A stretch of 48,604 nucleotides of DNA from NCBI GenBank assembly GCA_031409655.1, contig JANNXQ010000147.1, positions 1 through 48,604 of the forward strand, written 5' to 3'. The notes below the pieces were generated by a model, which saw nothing but the letters and a program-made list of their open reading frames with translations, ran no database searches and had not been told where the DNA came from. This DNA is from Chthoniobacteraceae bacterium (lineage in GTDB: Bacteria; Verrucomicrobiota; Verrucomicrobiia; Chthoniobacterales; Chthoniobacteraceae). The position numbers and the translations under genes were made by a program. Positions 19,424-28,670 of the stretch are shown one piece after another. Every line of letters starts with the position of its first letter. Position 1 is the stretch's first letter.

Positions 19424-20295
19424 AGTTCATCTCCTGGAATGTGAACGGCGTGCGCGCAGCGCTGCGCCATGGGCTCGCCGACTTCGTGGCGCGTGAGCGA
19501 CCCGACCTGCTCTGCCTGCAAGAAATCAAGGCGACGCGCGAGGATGTGGAATTGCCGGAGGAGTTCGCGGGCTACAGCTCGTTTTGGAATAGCGCGGAGA
19601 AAAAGGGCTACGCCGGCACCGCGATTTTCACCCGGAAAGAGCCGCTCTCCGTGCAGTGCGGCATGGGCGTGGCCGAGCACGATCGCGAAGGGCGCGTCCT
19701 CACCGCGGAGTTCGCCGATTTTTTCCTCGTGAATGTCTATGTGCCGAACTCGAAGCGCGAACTGACGCGCCTGCCGTACTGGCAGCAGTGGGATCGCGAT
19801 TTCCTGAAGTTTCTCCACGGGCTCGAGCGGACGAAGCCGGTGATCTTTTGCGGTGACTTGAATGTGGCGCATCGCGAGATCGACCTCGCGCGACCGAAGG
19901 ACAATGTGAAGAACCACGGCTTCACCCCGGAGGAGCGCGCCGGCTTCGATGCGTTTGTCGGCGGCGGTTTTGTCGATGCTTTCCGCGAGTTCGAACCCGG
20001 GCCAGGCCACTACACCTGGTGGAGCCAGATGAACAAAGCGCGCGCGCGGAACATTGGCTGGCGCATCGACTACTTCCTCTGCTCGACCCCGCTGCGCGCC
20101 CGACTGAAGCGCGCCTGGATTTTCCCGGAGGTCATGGGCTCGGATCACTGTCCCGTCGGCCTCGAACTCCTGGGAGCGCCGCCGTCCTCGGGCGGCAAAC
20201 CTTTGGCTGATGCGCAGCATCCATCGATTCAGGGAGGTGGCGCTGCGCGCGGGAAAGGGGCAGCCGCACGGGGACGGCGGGGCTCCCGGGCTTAG
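19420..20295 (+). CDS. xth: Exodeoxyribonuclease III / AP endonuclease
   Basis: SWNVNG, CLQEIK, NVYVPN, GDLNVAH, YTWWS, WRIDY, SDHCPV; ATG 19420 overlaps the upstream stop (ATGA). Confidence 0.95.
   Translation: MKFISWNVNGVRAALRHGLADFVARERPDLLCLQEIKATREDVELPEEFAGYSSFWNSAEKKGYAGTAIFTRKEPLSVQCGMGVAEHDREGRVLTAEFADFFLVNVYVPNSKRELTRLPYWQQWDRDFLKFLHGLERTKPVIFCGDLNVAHREIDLARPKDNVKNHGFTPEERAGFDAFVGGGFVDAFREFEPGPGHYTWWSQMNKARARNIGWRIDYFLCSTPLRARLKRAWIFPEVMGSDHCPVGLELLGAPPSSGGKPLADAQHPSIQGGGAARGKGAAARGRRGSRA
20169..20290. repeat. REP/REPIN-like inverted repeat, copy 2 (within the xth 3' end)
   Basis: cctgggagcgccgccgtcctcgggcggc ... gccgcacggggacggcggggctcccggg; shares gggagcgccgccgtcc with copy 1. 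Confidence 0.8.
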
Positions 20296-21383
20296 CGGTC
20301 CAGCGCCCACTTCACCCCGCGGGCCAGGCGCTCGGGGAGGCGATCGCTGTGGCCGCCGGGGGATTCGTAAAAGGTCACGGATGCCGGGCGGTCGCGGAGC
20401 GCGGCGTGCAGATTGCGCGCGCCGATGTTGGCGAGGAATTCGTCGTGCTCGGCGCCGTCGAGATAGACGCGCTGGGCGGGTGCGAAGGCCTTGGGATTTT
20501 TGCGGATGAGCGTGAGCGGATCGGCGTCGAGCCAGCGCTGCCAGACGTCCTGCTGCCAGGCGCCGCGCTCGTCGTAGAGCCAACCGAAGCGGCCCGGCTG
20601 TTTCGCGCCGAGCGGGGCGTAATTCGCGCACAGCCCGCAGATCAAGCTCACCAGCCCATCGTCGGGTCGTGCGGTGGCGGGCGGCATCCAGGACTCCACT
20701 TCCGAGCGCTTCGTCCGGCGGATGGCGGGCTGCCCGACGAGCCCGCGATGGGTGGACTCGAAGTCGCTATCCGGCGACAGCGCGACGACCCCCGCGAAGA
20801 GCTGCTGCTGCCGCATCGCGAGGAGCAGCGCCCCATAGCCGCCGCTCGAATGGCCCGCGATCAAGCGCCGCCCGGGCGCCAGCGGGTAGCGTGCTTCCAC
20901 GATGCGCACCACTTCGTCGCTCACGTAGTCCGCGTAGTTTCCGAGCGCGGTGGAATTCAAAAACTGACTACCGCCCCAGCGCGTCCTCCCATCCACGACG
21001 GCGACGCGCACGGCCAGCTCTTGCGCCAGCGCGGAGAAAGGCGTCGGCCCGCCGCTGCGCAGAAAATCCTCCGACGATCCACCCCAGCCGGGGAGGTAGT
21101 AGATGATCGGCAGCGCCTGTTCCGGGCGGGCATTGCCGGGAGAAATGACGGCCACGCGGCGCGCTGTCGGATCGCCGAGCGGATTGCCCTTGAGCGTTGC
21201 ACCCGGCACGGCGATCGCCTCGACGACGGCCACCGCCGCATCCCGCCCGAAACTCACCGGCGCCGAGATGACCAAGAGGAACGCGATGGCTCGGGCCAGG
21301 CTGACAAACGAGCGATCCGCTGGGCCGCGGATTCCGCGTCTGGAACCACAGATGACACAGATCACACCGATGAAGAGAGACAT
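20292..21383 (-). CDS. Alpha/beta-hydrolase esterase (Fes/putative esterase family)
   Basis: NPLGDP, YYLPG, GGSQFLNS, GHSSGG nucleophile elbow, DEF, GGH. Start uncertain because it falls inside a repeat element. Confidence 0.85.
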   Translation of the reverse strand: MSLFIGVICVICGSRRGIRGPADRSFVSLARAIAFLLVISAPVSFGRDAAVAVVEAIAVPGATLKGNPLGDPTARRVAVISPGNARPEQALPIIYYLPGWGGSSEDFLRSGGPTPFSALAQELAVRVAVVDGRTRWGGSQFLNSTALGNYADYVSDEVVRIVEARYPLAPGRRLIAGHSSGGYGALLLAMRQQQLFAGVVALSPDSDFESTHRGLVGQPAIRRTKRSEVESWMPPATARPDDGLVSLICGLCANYAPLGAKQPGRFGWLYDERGAWQQDVWQRWLDADPLTLIRKNPKAFAPAQRVYLDGAEHDEFLANIGARNLHAALRDRPASVTFYESPGGHSDRLPERLARGVKWALDR

Positions 21384-21476
21384 GAGGGTGGGGATGGTTT
21401 CGGGAGCGATCGAACAGGCCTAGGAAGCTCAACCCGCAGCATTCTCCCCATCGGTGTCATCGGTGAAATCTGTGGT
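21345..21476. repeat. 9-nt periodic palindromic element
   Basis: accacagatgacacagatcacaccgatg (21345-21372) ... catcggtgtcatcggtgaaatctgtggt (21449-21476); 24/28 complementary. Confidence 0.8.
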
Positions 21477-21499
21477 CCACCTCATCCGCGGCATCCCCG

Positions 21500-22222
21500 T
21501 CACGCCACGATGAGCATCGCCTCGTCCGATTCCAGATGCGGATCGAGTCGCGAGATGACACTGAAGCCGGAGGCCGTCAGCGCGATGAAAGCCGCGGTCA
21601 CCTCCGCGGGCACGGGGAAGGATCGCACCGCGAGGATCAGGCCGCGCTCGCCGATCGGCGCGTGCGTGTCCCACGGGCCGCGCACCGTCCACTGTCCGCG
21701 CTCGAAGATATCCTTAAAACACAGCGCGCGATCCTTCGCCGCCGGATCACCCGCCGCGGAGCGAATCGCGATGGTGTGCGGACGCACCGCGCTCAGATTA
21801 TGCACGAGGATGCTCGCCGCCTCTTCGGTGAATCCGGCATCCGCAAAGGCGTCCGCGTGCGGCATCCACTTTAGTTTTCCCGGAGCCGCGGCAGTCCGGC
21901 GGACGGCTGGATCGGTACTCAAAGCTTTGGCCAGCGCACTTTCGAGTTCGGCGATCCGTGCTTCGAGTTGCTCCAGGCGACCCACCCGCTCCCGCAGTTC
22001 CGCGAGTTCCGCCGCCATCGCCTCGGATGAAACCGGCCCCATCTCCACGGCTTCGACGCGCGCGGGCGAGAGTTCGCAAGTGCTGAGATCCACGACCTCG
22101 CGACACTTCGGGCACTGCACCTTGCGGCGGCGCGTGAGCCCGGCGGTATTGATCCAAGTGCCGCACGACGGGCAGCGGGCTTCGCGGAGATCGGTCTGGA
22201 TCTTCATCGTCGTCTTACCCAT
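21500..22222 (-). CDS. Hypothetical protein: Zn ribbon, coiled coil, alpha/beta C-domain
   Basis: CPSC...CPKC; heptad segment LAELRERVGRLEQLEARIAELESAL. Confidence 0.75.
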   Translation of the reverse strand: MGKTTMKIQTDLREARCPSCGTWINTAGLTRRRKVQCPKCREVVDLSTCELSPARVEAVEMGPVSSEAMAAELAELRERVGRLEQLEARIAELESALAKALSTDPAVRRTAAAPGKLKWMPHADAFADAGFTEEAASILVHNLSAVRPHTIAIRSAAGDPAAKDRALCFKDIFERGQWTVRGPWDTHAPIGERGLILAVRSFPVPAEVTAAFIALTASGFSVISRLDPHLESDEAMLIVA

Positions 22223-22616
22223 TTGCGGCGCGAGGCTGGACCATCTCCGCAGGGCTGCTCAGGAATTCAATTTCCGCCGTTGAAAGCTGGACGACGCGGC
22301 CAGCGCGCGGCTGGGAAATCGCGTCTCCGGGCAGCGACCAGCGCGGCACCTTCGTCGCCTGCGCGCATTTCGGGCAGGGCACCGTATCGCCTTCCAGCCG
22401 GGCGTCGATCCGCAGTTTTGCCCCGCAGCCGGGGCAGAGAAATTTCAACTCCAGCGCGAGCACCTCCGGCGGGAGAATCGGCAGGCAGCCGCGCGTGGGG
22501 TGGGGGACTGGCACGGTCCGGCGACAGCCCGGGCATTCGATCGTGCGCCCCGCTGATTCTGCGCCGACGGTCAGGCCCACTCCGCAATTGGCGCAGAAAA
22601 AATGGGTGCTCGTCAT
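22215..22616 (-). CDS. Hypothetical protein with two tandem Zn ribbons
   Basis: FFCANCG...IECPGC and FLCPGCG...VPCPKC. Start placed at ATG 22616. Confidence 0.75.
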   Translation of the reverse strand: MTSTHFFCANCGVGLTVGAESAGRTIECPGCRRTVPVPHPTRGCLPILPPEVLALELKFLCPGCGAKLRIDARLEGDTVPCPKCAQATKVPRWSLPGDAISQPRAGRVVQLSTAEIEFLSSPAEMVQPRAANG

Positions 22617-22726
22617 GGTTTTGTCGTGCGGGTGGGAGGTGATAAACGGACGAGGCACACCTTCGTCGCCGAGCTTGACGGGCCGAGGTTCGCACACTAC
22701 CTCTAGCGGTCAAGGTGAAATTAGAG

Positions 22727-22740
22727 CCCAATATATTGGG
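22727..22740. promoter_or_regulatory. Perfect 14-bp palindrome, candidate operator in the divergent intergenic region
   Basis: cccaatatattggg, with an AT-rich core in a GC-rich background. Confidence 0.4.
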
Positions 22741-22800
22741 GATATCCATGTCTTCCCCTCGAAGGCGGAAAATTCTGCCGCCTCACGCTTCCCACTTTCC

Positions 22801-23784
22801 ATGATCTCCACTGCCGCGCTCCAGACCCCGCCTCCGCCGGTCCCGTCCTCGGAAATCGAGCCCGCCCGCCTGCAGTTCATCCAGCAGGCTTTCCCGGAGA
22901 TGCTCGCCCACGCCGGGCATCACCAGATGGAGACCGTGAAGTGGATCCACGACCGGCTGTTTGGGGACGGCTGGTCGATCGGTGCCGTGCGCAATGAACT
23001 CGGCCGCAACGCCCGGAAACTCACCGTCCTCGCTGTGACCAGCGGCAAAGGCGGCGTGGGCAAGACGACCATCTCCGTGAATCTCGCCGTCGCCCTCGCG
23101 CAGCAGGGGAAAAGCGTGCTGCTTTTCGACGCTGATCTGGGCATGGCCAATGTCCACGTCTTCGCGGGCATCAATCCCAGTGCGACGCTCCTCGATGTCG
23201 TCGATCGCCGCGCCACGCTCGCGCAGATTTTGCAGCCCGGGCCCGCCGGCATCCAGGTGATCTGCGGCGCGTCCGGCATTGCCCGCCTCGCGGATCTGAA
23301 TGGCGCGGTGCTCGAAAGTCTCGGTCGTGAACTGCTTCGCATCGCCGTGGATTTCGACGTGCTCGTCATCGACACCGGGGCCGGCATTTCCAGCGCGGTC
23401 ACCCATTTCCTCGCCCTCGCGCAGGAGACCATCGTCGTCACCGCGCCCAGCCTCGCCGCCACGCTCGATGCTTACGGCGTGATCAAGGCCGTGCATGAAA
23501 ATCGCCTGCGCACGCGGCTGCACGTGCTCGTCAATCAAGCCGAGGATGAAGCGCAGGCCGCGCGCGTCCTTGAGCGGATCACCGGCTGCGCCAGCCGCTT
23601 CCTGCAGACCGAGCTTTCCAACTTGGGGAATCTCCCCCGCGATCCCGCCTTCGAGCAGGCGAATCAAAGCCGGCGCCCCCTCCTGCTCGTCGCGCCGGAA
23701 AGCATCAGCGCCCGCCGCATCGCCGAGATTGCCGCGCAACTCGCCCCCACCGAAGTCGCCGCGCGCGATCAATGCGCCGCGTGA
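22801..23784 (+). CDS. FlhG/FleN-like MinD/ParA ATPase
   Basis: VTSGKGGVGKT deviant Walker A, DADLGMANV, GASG, IDTGAGIS, DAYGVIK, VNQA. Start uncertain (ATG 22801). Confidence 0.88.
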   Translation: MISTAALQTPPPPVPSSEIEPARLQFIQQAFPEMLAHAGHHQMETVKWIHDRLFGDGWSIGAVRNELGRNARKLTVLAVTSGKGGVGKTTISVNLAVALAQQGKSVLLFDADLGMANVHVFAGINPSATLLDVVDRRATLAQILQPGPAGIQVICGASGIARLADLNGAVLESLGRELLRIAVDFDVLVIDTGAGISSAVTHFLALAQETIVVTAPSLAATLDAYGVIKAVHENRLRTRLHVLVNQAEDEAQAARVLERITGCASRFLQTELSNLGNLPRDPAFEQANQSRRPLLLVAPESISARRIAEIAAQLAPTEVAARDQCAA

Positions 23785-23842
23785 CGCCGTCCATCTCCCC
23801 GCCGTGAACCCTCCATTCGAAAACCTCAGCCACTTTGAACCC

Positions 23843-24784
23843 ATGACTCAACCCATGCCCAAGACCCGCCCCGCTCTCACCTCCGATGCCTTTGACGATC
23901 TCATCGGCTCGCCAGCACCCGGACCCGCCGCCGAGCGCCCGCCCTCCGGCATCGTGCCCTTCGAGCCCGCCGGTGATTTCGTCAGCCACTTTGGCCTGAA
24001 CGAAAACCCCTTCGCCGACTGCGTCTCGCCCACCTACTTTTTCCGCACCGCCAGCCACGCCGAAGCCGTGCGCAATATGACGCTCGCCGTCGAATTCAAG
24101 GCCTCCCTCGGCCTCGTCACCGGCCCGAGCGGGACTGGCAAGACCCTCGTCACCCAGCTCCTCCTCCAGACCTTCGATGACCCGCGCTACCGGGCCATCC
24201 TCGTCCTCGTCACGCCCGGCCTCAGCAAGACCGGCCTGCTGCGCGAGATCCTCTCCGAGCTGAATCTCGCCCTGCCCGTCGGCGTGAACCGCGTCCAGGA
24301 TCTCATGAAATTGCTGAGCAACCACATCATCGAACTCCATCAGCAAGGTCAGCGGCTCATCATCCTCATCGACGAGTGCCACCTGCTTTCCGCGGATTGC
24401 CTCCACGTCGTGCGCACCATCAGTAATATCGAGACGCCGCAGGAGAAGCTCGTCACCTGCCTGCTCTTCGGCGAATCGCGGCTCGCCCAGCGCCTCACCC
24501 ACCCGAGCTACGAGTCCTTGCAAAATCGCATCTACCTGCGCTCCACGATCGCCCCGCTCACCGTCGCCGAAGCCACGCAGTATCTGAAATTCCGCCTCAT
24601 GACCGCCGGCCGTCTCAGCGACTCCTTCACCCCCGAAGCCCTCACCGCCATCCACGGCCACGCCGGCGGTATCTGCCGCAGCATGAACAAACTCGCCATG
24701 CTCTGCATGATTGAAGGCGCCGACCGTCGCAGCCCTGTCATCGACGAAGCGATCGTCACGACCGCCGCGCGCCGGATGCAATGA
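23843..24784 (+). CDS. ExeA/GspA/MshM-like AAA+ ATPase with no periplasmic domain
   Basis: HFGLNENPF, VTGPSGTGKT, LIDECHLL, LLFGE, LQNRI, GICRSMN. Confidence 0.88.
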   Translation: MTQPMPKTRPALTSDAFDDLIGSPAPGPAAERPPSGIVPFEPAGDFVSHFGLNENPFADCVSPTYFFRTASHAEAVRNMTLAVEFKASLGLVTGPSGTGKTLVTQLLLQTFDDPRYRAILVLVTPGLSKTGLLREILSELNLALPVGVNRVQDLMKLLSNHIIELHQQGQRLIILIDECHLLSADCLHVVRTISNIETPQEKLVTCLLFGESRLAQRLTHPSYESLQNRIYLRSTIAPLTVAEATQYLKFRLMTAGRLSDSFTPEALTAIHGHAGGICRSMNKLAMLCMIEGADRRSPVIDEAIVTTAARRMQ

Positions 24785-24984
24785 GCGGCCCCCCGCGCCG
24801 CCCGATCCCCGTTGGGCATTCGAAGACCGACCTCCGCCGCGGCCAGCTCACGCCCGCCCGCCCAGGACCGCGTCCCGGCACCGCCCGTCGCCCTCCCGTC
24901 GCCACCAGCGACGCCGAGCAATCCTTTCTCCTCGATCCGCCCCCGCCCGCCCCGGGCACCGCTCAACCGCCGGACGAGCGCTAG
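24781..24984 (+). CDS. Small Pro/Arg-rich hypothetical protein
   Basis: ATGA overlap with the ExeA-like stop suggests translational coupling; low complexity. Confidence 0.4.
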   Translation: MSGPPRRPIPVGHSKTDLRRGQLTPARPGPRPGTARRPPVATSDAEQSFLLDPPPPAPGTAQPPDER

Positions 24985-25016
24985 ACTCCCGGGCGGAAGA
25001 ATGCGCTCGCCACGGA

Positions 25017-25032
25017 TGGCTGTCGCGTTGCT
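25017..25032 (+). promoter_or_regulatory. Putative sigma-54 (-24/-12) promoter upstream of the P-II gene
   Basis: tGGctgtcgcgttGCt: GG-N10-GC spacing with TTGC, 78 nt upstream of the ATG. Confidence 0.55.
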
Positions 25033-25091
25033 ATATCAATCGTCACGACCACCCGCCTGCGCACCGTGCGTCCATGCGAAGTTATTCGTAA

Positions 25092-25448
<357 letters not shown>

Positions 25449-25634
25449 GGAGGCTTGCGAGACGTTTTTTCGCAGGCTTTGGAATCCGGCGCGTCCCCGC
25501 CCGCTTTGTTCAAGACCTGGCTTTGGAAAGCACGTTTAGCCGACGCCCGAGCCGATGGCGCCAGTCACCCCCTGATCGGAAGCCGGGCGAAAACGGGCTT
25601 CCCGCAGGCCGCGGGAGTTGGCAACGTGCCCGGC

Positions 25635-26255
25635 ATGAAATTCCGCCCCCACGCATTCACCCTGATCCTCTCGCTCGCCGTCGTCCTGAGCGGCCAGGCC
25701 GCTGAGCCAAAACTCGCGCCACTTTTCAACGGCAAGGACCTCACCAACTTCAAAGCCGAGGAGGCGAACGGATTTTGGCGCGTCGAGGATGGCGTGCTCA
25801 TCGGGGAAAACGACGCCGCGAAAAAGGGTAACTACCTGTGGACGCAGAAAGAGTACACTGACTTTGTGATCGAATTCGACGCGCGCTGGAAAGCCACGAC
25901 GGATCGAGGCGTCGATACCGGCCTCGAAATGCGCAAGCCGAAGATCCAACTCCAACTCGGAGTCTCGGGCAGCCTGCGCGTGGATATGACGGGCTGCTTC
26001 TACACCGGCGGCAAGCCCGCCTATCCCGAGGCTGGTCAGGCAAAGGAAGCGAAGTCCCTCCTGAAACCCGAGGGCGAGTGGAACTCCTTCCGCATCCAGG
26101 CCAAAGGCGACACCTTCACCTGCTGGATCAATGGCCAGAAAGCCTCGGAATATACCGACGCGAAATTTTCCGGCGCCGCCCCGCTCGGCCTGCAAATCCA
26201 CGGCGGCGTGGAGATGAAGTGTGAGTATCGGAACGTGAAGATCGCGGAGCTGTGA
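25635..26255 (+). CDS. DUF1080 / 3-keto-disaccharide hydrolase family protein, exported
   Basis: Signal peptide; LFNGKDLT, WRVEDG, GEWN, WING, LQIHGG, YRNVKI. Confidence 0.88.
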   Translation: MKFRPHAFTLILSLAVVLSGQAAEPKLAPLFNGKDLTNFKAEEANGFWRVEDGVLIGENDAAKKGNYLWTQKEYTDFVIEFDARWKATTDRGVDTGLEMRKPKIQLQLGVSGSLRVDMTGCFYTGGKPAYPEAGQAKEAKSLLKPEGEWNSFRIQAKGDTFTCWINGQKASEYTDAKFSGAAPLGLQIHGGVEMKCEYRNVKIAEL

Positions 26256-26319
26256 GGGTAGGGGAGTGCAATCGGCGCGAGGTAAGTTTAGGGGCGAGAA
26301 ACTTGAAAAGAGCCCGCAC

Positions 26320-28518
26320 TCACTGCGTTTCGAGGCAATAGAGATTCTTTTCGGTGCGCATATAGATGCGCGTGCCGACGGGAGCCGGAGTCGCATGCAA
26401 CCGCTCATCCAAGACGTTTTCCGCGACCTTTTGCGGAGTCGGTTTCGCCGCCACGACGGTGGTCAGCCCACTGTCGTTCGCAAAGTAAACGTAATTACCC
26501 GCGCACACGACCGACGCCATGTATTGCCCGTCGAGTTCCTCGGACCAAAGCACCGTTCCATCCCGAGGATCGAGACAAACCGCGTGTCCGTCATCGGAAA
26601 CAGCAAACAACATTCCCTGACAAACGGCAGGCGACGAGCAGTTCGCTCCGCCTTCGGATTGCGCCCAGAGGAGCGCTTCTTCCGCGCTCGCTACTTTCGC
26701 TAAATCAAAGGCGCGAATCGAATCCTGGCTCGCGAGGAAAACGGATCGTGCATCGGAAGCAATGCTGGCCACCATATCGCCGCGAGCGAACGGAGTCGGG
26801 AGGCTCCATAGTTGCACTCCCGTGTGGAAATCGAAGCCGTAGAAGCATTCCGAGTCCCAAACCAGAATGGCGGTGCTTCCGCCAACGTGCTTGATGATGG
26901 GTGTCCTGCTGCTGCCCTCCGGCTGCTTTGTCCCCGGCTGACTTGTCTTCCAGAGGGTTCGTCCCGCCTTTGCATCGATCGCACAAACATAGGGCGCCTT
27001 TGGCGACGCGCTGACAAGGATCAGAACGTCATTATGAACAATCGGAGAAACACCCACTCCGTAAGGGCTCTCAAACGGCAGATCGTTCCTGCTCCAGCGG
27101 ATTGCCCCATTCATCTCGGCACACATCAAGCCGGGAGTGCCAAAGTATCCGCAGACATAGTCCGTCCCCACCACCGGCGATGGCGTGGCCGGAGAGTTCA
27201 TGGTCACTTGCTCCTCCGGGCCAGCGAGACCCTCACACTGCCAGAGGACCGTTCCCTGATCTGCATCGACGCAAACGATGGCGCGGACAAACTCCCTGCG
27301 GGAAAGAAAAATATTGGGCAGCATTACGGCCGCTGCCGCAGCCAGCGCGAGGCCCTGCTGAAAGCGCACTTGCACAGCGCCGCTAAAGTAATTCCTCAGC
27401 CCTGGAATCAATAGATGAGCGACTATCCAGGCAGAAAGGAGGCTGCTGACCCCAATAAAACTCCACCAGCCGAAGTTAGGAGTCGGTTTCCACCCCGCGA
27501 GGTGATAGCTTAGATAATCAAAGGCGTTGTGCGTGACGCCGACCGTATACGGAACCCGACTAATGAGCACCGCAACGCCAAGTCCGAGTGCGATCGTGGC
27601 TACACAAAAGAGAGCGGCATGGAGGACGTTTCTGCGCCAATGAGGATCGGGCGCCATTTCCTTTGCTGAGCGGATGTCCGGCGCATCGGGGCGGATGGGA
27701 AAGAAATAGCCCATGAGAATCAGAGTGCCGATGATCGCCGGGGCGGCGGTGATCGAAACCATGACGATCCAGTTGGGTCCCGCCGCTCTCCAAGCGTGAT
27801 CTCGCACGGGCACCTCCAATGCAACGATGGCCGCGAATGCGATCAGCCCGATTCCCGCGAGCCGTCGCGAGAGGCCCTGCCGTGGGAGGAGGATCGCAGC
27901 GCTGATCACGCAGACCACCGCTTCCGCGCTGGATACAATCCAGACGCGAATCGGACAGCGCGCAAAGTTGAAAAGATTAATGTCGAAGAAGGCGAAGAGG
28001 AACAGAAGGAGCGTAATGACCATCACCCCTGCCGCCGCGAGTTTCGTTCTTGTCCCCCACCAGTTAAAGGAAAGAGCTCTCATAAGCACCGGTACGGTGG
28101 CCAGAACCAACAGGGAGATCAGACTCGTGCGCAGCCAGTAGAGAAAGCGGATGAATTGCTTGCCCTTGGTTGTCTCATACGCCGTCGTTAGATAGACCCG
28201 ACTGCCCGAAACCACCGGCGATGAATAGCCTGAGCCAGGTATGGCTGTTTTCCAGCGGACATTCTTATCCGGAGCCCAGTGCAGGACTCCGGCGGCGGGA
28301 TCATTTGCTCCTTCCTTCTCGAGACCGCGAAAGCCACGCCATCCCTCGGCAAACAGAGATGCCGTCGAAAGGCAGAAGGCCAGAATCAATAGGGAGGGAC
28401 GAAACAAAGTAAGAAGACGCGTGGCAGGATGAAGGCGCCGAGACGTAGGTTGTCGGAGCACGCAAAATCTGTGCAATACGGAAAGCGCGCGCTGAGCGCT
28501 CGTCGAAACATTCCGCAT
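26320..28518 (-). CDS. PQQ-binding-like (BamB-like) beta-propeller protein interrupted by a multi-TM domain
   Basis: WRGFRG...NVRWKTAIPG.GYSSPVV...VYLT, then about 8 hydrophobic helices, then CVDADQGTVLW, ATPSP, SPI, AIDAKAGRTLW, SSP, CLDPRDGTVLW, ATPA, LYCL. True start may be downstream. Confidence 0.8.
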   Translation of the reverse strand: MRNVSTSAQRALSVLHRFCVLRQPTSRRLHPATRLLTLFRPSLLILAFCLSTASLFAEGWRGFRGLEKEGANDPAAGVLHWAPDKNVRWKTAIPGSGYSSPVVSGSRVYLTTAYETTKGKQFIRFLYWLRTSLISLLVLATVPVLMRALSFNWWGTRTKLAAAGVMVITLLLFLFAFFDINLFNFARCPIRVWIVSSAEAVVCVISAAILLPRQGLSRRLAGIGLIAFAAIVALEVPVRDHAWRAAGPNWIVMVSITAAPAIIGTLILMGYFFPIRPDAPDIRSAKEMAPDPHWRRNVLHAALFCVATIALGLGVAVLISRVPYTVGVTHNAFDYLSYHLAGWKPTPNFGWWSFIGVSSLLSAWIVAHLLIPGLRNYFSGAVQVRFQQGLALAAAAAVMLPNIFLSRREFVRAIVCVDADQGTVLWQCEGLAGPEEQVTMNSPATPSPVVGTDYVCGYFGTPGLMCAEMNGAIRWSRNDLPFESPYGVGVSPIVHNDVLILVSASPKAPYVCAIDAKAGRTLWKTSQPGTKQPEGSSRTPIIKHVGGSTAILVWDSECFYGFDFHTGVQLWSLPTPFARGDMVASIASDARSVFLASQDSIRAFDLAKVASAEEALLWAQSEGGANCSSPAVCQGMLFAVSDDGHAVCLDPRDGTVLWSEELDGQYMASVVCAGNYVYFANDSGLTTVVAAKPTPQKVAENVLDERLHATPAPVGTRIYMRTEKNLYCLETQ

Positions 28519-28670
28519 TCACGTTCGGCGCGATGCACGGTGCGGAACCCGCAATTTGGCAACAAGGAGAAAAGCGACCGGGACGAGCGTTGGCGTGATC
28601 CGCGGATCGAGACTAGGAGCGCTAATGCAGGAGAAACTGTCCTTCGCAGAAATGTTTTGGAGGACCGGAG

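Noticed and set aside
18361..22283. 756-aa (minus) and 644-aa (plus) Arg/Ala-rich ORFs
   Set aside because: They overlap several well-supported genes on the opposite strand and have typical off-frame composition.
23843..24784. ExeA-like ATPase as a transposon (TnsC/IstB-type) helper
   Set aside because: No DDE transposase or integrase and no terminal repeats adjacent; neighbours are a MinD-family ATPase and glnB.
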